A DNA stretch of 64,000 nt, taken from the NCBI GenBank assembly GCA_012295275.1, contig CM022677.1:16926001-16990000 (forward strand), in the 5' to 3' direction. Origin of the DNA: Chrysomallon squamiferum. Taxonomy: Eukaryota; Animalia; Mollusca. The notes beneath the pieces are model-generated. The model was given only the letters and a program-made list of their open reading frames with translations. It ran no database searches and had not been told where the DNA came from. The translations under genes were made by a program, and so were the position numbers. Below, one piece after another: positions 56,470 to 64,000 of the stretch (its first letter is position 1; every line of letters starts with the position of its first letter).

Positions 56470-57758
56470 TCAAAACGCATTCTCAAAATCTTTAGGGATG
56501 TCGGCTATATTCGGTCTCTTGGTGAATCTAAAGCTGTTTTTTAATCGTCTTACTCTCTGTATGTATCGAGTGATGCTGAACACTTTCTTAAAGAAGTCTT
56601 TGATGAACTGGGCGCACATCAAATGAAACAGAACAAGCACTGACATCATAAAAATGGCGAGCAGTGGTTCCCACCTCTCCGAAATGCTCCTTATGAATTT
56701 CATACGTCCGTTTGCCATAAAGCAGAATGCATCGTTGGCCTGGTTGTAATGATATCATCATTATGATCATCATTATGATCATCATCATTTTTTTATTTTC
56801 ATTCTGATTATTATTATTATTATTATTATTGTTGTTATCATCATCATCGTCATTTTATTTTCATTTTTATTATTATTATTATTATTATTATCATTGTCAT
56901 CTTTTTATTTTCATCATGATTATGATTATTATTATAATTATGATTATTATTATTATTATTATTGTTATTATCATCTTCATCATCATTTTATTTTCATTAT
57001 TATTATTATTATTATTATCATCATCATTGTTATTGTTGTTTCTGTTTTCTTCTTATGAAGTTATTCTAATTATAGTAATACTAATCATCATCATTATCAT
57101 TATTATTATCATAATTATTATCAATTTATTAATAATAATAATAATAATTATTAGTAGTAGTAGTAGTAGTAGTAGTAGTATGCTGTCTGTTGTTGTTGTT
57201 GCTGTTGCTGCTGATTTTAAGTAATTGAATAATTATCACAACTGCCTGTCACTACCATATTAGTTATTACATTGTTAAATGTCATCATAGCTGTCACTGT
57301 AATATATGCTGTAGTTGTAGCTGCAGTAGTAACAGCAGTAGAACTAGTAGATTTAACAGTAGTAGCAGTCGTAATAGTCGCTGGTGGATTTGAACACTTA
57401 TAGACAGACTGTAGTACGGTACATTTTATTACTTCTTACTCACCTGAATTGCGGTAACAGCTATCAAACTGACTGTACAGATTGCCAAGCAGCCATAAAG
57501 AGTTACCATGTTAAACACGTTTTTCAAAAACTTCTTGGTACAGATCGCTGATAAATCTGGCAGCACCAAAAGATAGCACGCGGCGGTAAACATGGCGGTC
57601 GCCACAATAGGCGGAGTACTGCCGTCTCCCTCAGTGAAGAAACAGCAGATGAGTTTACGAAAGTTAATCTTCGGTATCCGAATTATGTACTCGTAAAAAT
57701 TCTGTTCGAAATAGCCGCTGGATTTATCCTCTTTCAACCAAGCTTGAAAATTTTCCAT
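56470..57758 (-). CDS. Uncharacterised multi-pass membrane protein, two exons (57758-57444, 56739-56470), ~194 aa
   Basis: Exon 1 MENFQAWLKEDK...SLIAVTAIQ ends at CAG|GTGAGT. Exon 2 starts after cag|GCC in phase 0: ANDAFCFMANGRM...DFENAF*. Both exons are GC-richer than their flanks; about three hydrophobic segments. Confidence 0.72.
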
Positions 57759-57839
57759 TTGATTCACGAAAATAATTTGTTGATTATTATTATTATTAAT
57801 ATGGCAAACACCGGGTAAGCGTTTTTTTTTTTTTTTTGC

Positions 57840-57930
57840 GTCAGCCCGTTTATGACGTCAAACGGTGTTCGTGTCGTGATGACGTTGCTCTAGGCTACGG
57901 TTTAGATGATTTCGGAATTTTCCGGAAAAT
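57840..57930. promoter_or_regulatory. CpG-rich candidate promoter with a canonical CRE (TGACGTCA, 57853-57860), a half-CRE and an ETS-like TTCCGGAA
   Basis: Motifs cluster ~95-170 bp upstream of the ATG at 57758. Confidence 0.5.
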
Positions 57931-58799
57931 AAAAAAAGAAATGTTGTTCCGATTACTTCGGAGTTTTATGTTAGAGAAATTATGTGTTTATTTATTTTAT
58001 TTTTTTATTGACTTAGCAGTTACTGCAATAGCAGCAGCAACAACAATAACAACAACAACAACAACAACAACAATAATAATAATAACAATAACAATAATAA
58101 TAATAATAATAATAAATAAATAAATAAATAAATAAATAGATAGATAAAACAGTTATATAACCATAACATATTTTCTTTATTCTTTTTTTTTTTCTTTTAT
58201 ATATAAACTCCATATTCAGATTTTGAATTCTGAATAAAATTACTTTTTTTTTACATACTTCACTATACAACAAACCATCTGTACATCCATACATACATAC
58301 ATACATACATACATACATACAAACATGCATACATACAGCTCTGTGTAAAGGTTAGTAGCGAGTTGCGATCCGAGAACAGATGGCATACCATAGTTCTATC
58401 GAAACCAGTTAAAAATTAATGTTGTAAATAAACTACTAGATAACGTGATAAAAGAACAGAATGTCCAATTATTATTATTTATAGTTTATAAAGATTCATC
58501 GCAGTGATGCACAATCCTGTAAAGACTGAGTCTATGGAAGTCTATAATTAAACAGGACTTTTATTTAAAGATTACTGGATCGGTGAGAAATGTCTGTGTA
58601 TTAAATTGTTAGCGGCTTAGTCATTGGCCTTCAGCTTCATAGCTTTGCTGTGATCTCTCTCTCCGTTTATCAGATTGTCTGTCTATCTCTCGATCTGTCT
58701 GTCTGTATGTCTACATGTAATATGTATGTTATATTTATTCCATCTCTGATTATTCCCATCTGTCTATCTATCGCTCTGTCTCTATATTCGTATATCCTT

Positions 58800-58857
<58 letters not shown>

Positions 58858-58894
58858 GTCTATCTATCTATCAGTGTATCTATATCTATCTATT

Positions 58895-58989
<95 letters not shown>

Positions 58990-59828
58990 GTTCTTAATAT
59001 AATCACTGGCATCAGTACTTCCAATACCACCTGTGTATATTCTATTTCATTCTTTCCAGTTCTGCCGTTTTTAATTATATCTTTGTTTTCTCTGTCTCAA
59101 TCTCATGTCCCCAAGCTTCCTAAATGACATATCCGATAACTCAGTGAAAACGGAACAGAAAAAGAGAAAAAAATAAAAATAAAATAAGCTGACACGAAAA
59201 TAAATACTGCAAACAATTATATTCATGTACGTGTAACATTTTGCTAATCATTTCTGCATGAGATTATCTGTGGATATACATGCTGTGTTAAAGAAAGCAA
59301 TAAAGAAAAGCATTAGAAAGAAAATAAAAATGAAATAAAAAAAAAAAAAAACAAGGGAATTAAAAATAAGAAAAACCAAAAAAAAACCACGTTAATTCTA
59401 CCCTAAATAAGACGTTCTACAGACATACAAGAAATAAAGAAAAACAAATAGTTAAAAAAAAAAAAAAATGATAACCAGCAACAAAAAAAAATAAATAAAA
59501 AACGAATAAAAAAAAATAATCAAAAACAAACAAACAAACAAAGAAAAACCTGCATTCATCTCCACATAAGACATTTTTCTTTTCTTTTTTAATTTATTCC
59601 CCCCTCCCAATTTTTTTTTTATTTCTGCACAAGGTTTTTCTACGGATATATTTACAGCCGTACCCCAACGTGGGTAATCACCGGTCCGGATATCAAACCA
59701 AATTAAGTGAAACCCGTGTATGTTAATGAACGTATCAATGCTTTCTAAATGGACCGGGTCGTTACAACTGCAGTAGTTGTGTTGCCATCAGCCAGGTGTA
59801 AAGGACTTTCTCACACGGTCGCGCAGAA

Positions 59829-59884
59829 ATGATTTTTCTATACATGCTTGTCACCGCCTTCCTTACACTTCTGTTACTACACCG
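59829..59884 (+). CDS. Probable first coding exon (signal peptide) of a secreted or membrane protein
   Basis: aaaATG, MIFLYMLVTAFLTLLLLH, then CG|GTAAGT consensus donor, in a locally GC-richer region. No downstream exon identified. Confidence 0.45.
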
Positions 59885-59926
59885 GTAAGTGCAATTTTAC
59901 ATTCAAATTACGTATGAGCGTAGAAA

Positions 59927-59979
<53 letters not shown>

Positions 59980-60553
59980 GTTTACACTTAGAACATTTTT
60001 TCTCTATTATAGGGATAAAATAATGAAGCTCTTTGGGTTTATTTATTTTTTATTATTATTATTATTATTTTATTTTTTAATTTTTTTTTTATTTTATAAG
60101 TTTGTTGATTTTGTGTTGATTGACGGTTGTAAATAAAATAGAATGGTAAAATGGTTGTGTTATTTGTGTTATGGCGTTAAATATTAATTTTTGCTTAACT
60201 GAATGTTATTTATTGAGAAGATTGAAAGATCGATTATGAATTAGTAAATAGCTAAACGAAAGAATAAATAAGTAAATAAATAAAGAAAGAAAGAAATAAT
60301 GAATAAGTTAGTAAATATATAAATAAATATATGAACAGATTTTAATTTTGTTTATTAGTTATTTTGTTGTTATAATATTATTATTGTTGTCGACATCTCA
60401 TCATCAGTTCATCATCATCATCACATTTATAATCATCATCATCATCATCATTATAGTTATTAATATAACACTAATTTTCATTTTAATAAGAGAAAAAAAC
60501 ACACCTATAACATACAAACAAAACATACAAAGCAACAAGAACACCAACAACTC

Positions 60554-60635
<82 letters not shown>

Positions 60636-60756
60636 TTAATAATAATAATTATTATTATTATTATTATTATTATTATTTAAAATGTATTAGACATCAATAA
60701 CCAATGTATTTATATGGTAATGATGATGATGATGAATGATAATCATGACGATGCAT

Positions 60757-60970
60757 CATAAAGTTTTAATTTACAGTACACTTATAAAGATAAATATTTA
60801 AAATTTCTTTCGAAAGTTAATACTTTTTTACTTTCAGAAAAATATAATTCTAGTAATAAAGTTTTAATCGACAGTACACTTATAAAGATAATTTTTTGAA
60901 ATTTTCCTTCGAAAGATAATACTTATTTACTTACTATCAGAAACAATTATTCTAGTAATAAAGTTTTAAT
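60757..60970. repeat. ~100-bp tandem duplication
   Basis: ataaagttttaat..acagtacacttataaagataa...ttcgaaag.taatactt...ttctagta occurs twice, plus a partial third copy. Confidence 0.75.
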
Positions 60971-61197
60971 AATCTATTCAATTTCTTGATCACGTTAATT
61001 GTTGGTCGTCATTCTTTTAATAATTTTGATATCAATCCTAACACTGAATTCATTTACTTATATCAATAAAGAATTGTTTTCTATAAGTCATTGTACTATA
61101 TGTTACTCACAGATGTCAATATTTTAAATCAGTTAATTAACTTTGGATCGTAAAAAGCGCGTATGGTTTTAATTTATTTATTTTTCTTTTAATCTAA

Positions 61198-61284
<87 letters not shown>

Positions 61285-62080
61285 AATTTATTTAAAGTTT
61301 TTATTATTTTTTTATTTTTTTATTATGTATTCCTTCATTCATTCATTCATTCACTCACTCATTTATCCATTCATTTTATTTTATTTTATTTGTTTGTTTA
61401 TTCATTCATTTATTCACTAATTCGTTTTATTTTATTTTATTATATTTATTCATGTGTTCATTCCTCCACTCATTCATTCACTCATTCATTATTATTATTT
61501 TATTTTATTTTTGTTATTTATTCATTCATTCATTCACTCACGTATTCATTCATTCATTTATTTTATTTTATTCATTGATTCATTCACTCATTTACTCGTT
61601 CATTAATTTAATTTAATTTTATTCTATTTTATTTTATTTGTTTTATTTTATTTTGTTTTATTTTATTTTATTTTATTTTATCTTATTTTATTATATTATA
61701 TTATATTTCCTTTTCTTTATTTCATTTTATTTATTTTTTATAACGATTCTAATATGGTTACATAAGTGATGTTTGTTCGGAATGACATAATGTTTACTCC
61801 CAGTTCACAGTGACACTCATTAAGTTGTTTTTAATTTCTTGTTGATCCATAAAATTGTTATTATTGCTTCCTTTTTTCGAATTACCGGGGAATTTTTTTA
61901 AACGTAATATGAAAACAGTGTCATGTGAACGCTTTCGAATTGTAAACGAAATGTACTTTGGAAATCTCTCACAGAAAGTACTTTATCAGAAACAGCGTTC
62001 AAAGTTGAAGTGTTTCACATCAGGAAAAACGAGAGAAAAAAACCCACACAATAATAATAATAATAATAATAATAATAATT

Positions 62081-62142
<62 letters not shown>

Positions 62143-62159
62143 TAATAAATAAATAATTA

Positions 62160-62190
<31 letters not shown>

Positions 62191-62325
62191 TAATAAATAA
62201 ATAAATCACTAAACATAATAATAATAGTGATGATAATAATGATGATAATAATAATAATAATAATTTAATAATAAATAAATAAATCACTAAAAATAATAAT
62301 AATAATGATGATGATAATAATAATG

Positions 62326-62376
<51 letters not shown>

Positions 62377-62679
62377 GTAATAATAATAATAAAATTAAAA
62401 AAATAAAATAAAACAAACAAAATAACACAATCACCACAGCTCACAAACTGATTTCTAATTGTCTTGATTTTTAACAATTACTCCATCTCCAGTTCATTTC
62501 TTACAAATCTTATCATATCAGTACAACTGCCATGTTACCCATCTCTGCCTCTATTTCTTATTAAACTAATGACCAGGGTTGTTCTAGCTTCATAATCATC
62601 TTTTTGTATAGCGGGATATACCACAATGAACCGTTCTTCCGTTATTGAAGGTTTTTTTTCCTGTACCGAAAGTCCAGTT

Positions 62680-63210
62680 TTTCAAGGGATGTTCTAGCCA
62701 TATCAGATATTCATATTGTTAGGTCTGTTAAATGAATTATGTCGGATGTATTAGTACTGAAGGTTTGTTCCAGTATTTGAGGGATGTTCAAGCATGTTTC
62801 TGTTTTGAATACATATTAAAGTATTGCAGCGTTTGTCTGGTACTAAAGTGGTTTTCTAAGACATCTTCTAGTATTGAAGAGATGTTCTAGGATCCTAAAC
62901 ATGTTCTAGTTTTAAAAGATGTTTCAGCATTTAACCGATGTTCTGTTAAAGAACATTTGTTGTGTTACCCTAAACATGTTTTATTACTGAATGGTCGTTT
63001 TAGTACTGAAACGTTATTCTATAACTGAAATGGTTTTTCTATAATTAACTGGATGTTCTTCCTGTACTGAATGGATGTTCTAGCACCCTAAACATGTTCT
63101 AGTATTGAAGGTATATATTTTCAAGAACTGAAAGGATGTTGTTCTATAACTAAAGGCATGCTCTACTACTGAATGGAAATTATAGAACTGAAGAGATTCT
63201 CAAACACTGA
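62680..63210. repeat. Degenerate short-unit tandem array (gatgttctagtactgaa-like)
   Basis: Recurrent atgttctag and gtactgaa words at roughly 20-40-bp spacing. Confidence 0.55.
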
Positions 63211-64000
63211 CCGAGAAATCATTATAGCAAACACGACTTGTAGAGACAGAAATTATCATACTGCAGTTATTATGGGTATTTTATTTTTGGCTGAATTGGG
63301 TATGATTCATAGATAGTTCTTTTGCGACCATAAAATTATTAATCTACGGATAATGGTCTGCTATTATTGTTAGGACGTTGTCAAAAGCTGCATTAGTCAC
63401 TATCAGAATGATTCTTCTTGCTTCTTTTATCTTTACTTTTTTTCTTTACTTTTTTTTTCTTTTTCTATATCTCTTCACTCTATCTATACAGAACTCCTAT
63501 AGGACGACACGAACTTTAGCAGACACTTTATACGACACTTCAGAGAAATTTTTTTTCCCCCCTTTTTTGTATCTTCAGTATATGGCCATCTAGCATTTCA
63601 GAATGTCAGTAGCACTATACAGTCTATTCATTCAGTTTTTACTCGATTTTAAGATGCCACAGTTTCACTGCACAGTTATGTGAGTCATCGTTTTCGTTGT
63701 AATCACATTGGACTTATGTTATTTAACCAGTTGACGTAAGTTTTAAGTACCAAACTCACAACGGTGTGGATATCCCTCTGCCTCAGATATTGCATCTTTT
63801 CCAAGGCGAAAAAACAAACAAATAGAGGAACCCCAAAAACAAAAACAAATAGAGGAACCCAAAAAACAAAAACAAAAATTAGAAAAACTGGAAAAAAAAA
63901 ATAATTCCAAATATGCATTTTGTTCTATGATTTAAAATATTTAAATTTCCTAATTTTAAAAATTTCCGAATATGGAATATCGATTTATTTCCATAAACTC

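Overview
AT-rich, microsatellite-dense animal genomic DNA with spliceosomal introns; invertebrate, plausibly a mollusc (inference only). Left to right it holds: (1) the last three exons of an M13 neprilysin/ECE-like peptidase (+); (2) a four-exon minus-strand gene that appears to encode a tandem BTB-BTB-(truncated BACK)-PHR protein created by internal exon duplication; (3) Tc1/mariner, pogo/Tigger and foldback/MITE remnants; (4) a cluster of at least eight intronless prolyl 4-hydroxylase alpha-subunit (P4HA) copies: two intact, one broken by a single frameshift and five or more decayed, with intact catalytic residues but remodelled substrate-binding residues in the long copies; (5) a two-exon orphan multi-pass membrane protein gene (-) followed by a ~43-bp minisatellite; (6) a probable signal-peptide first exon (+). 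Most short ORFs in the supplied track are microsatellite translations.
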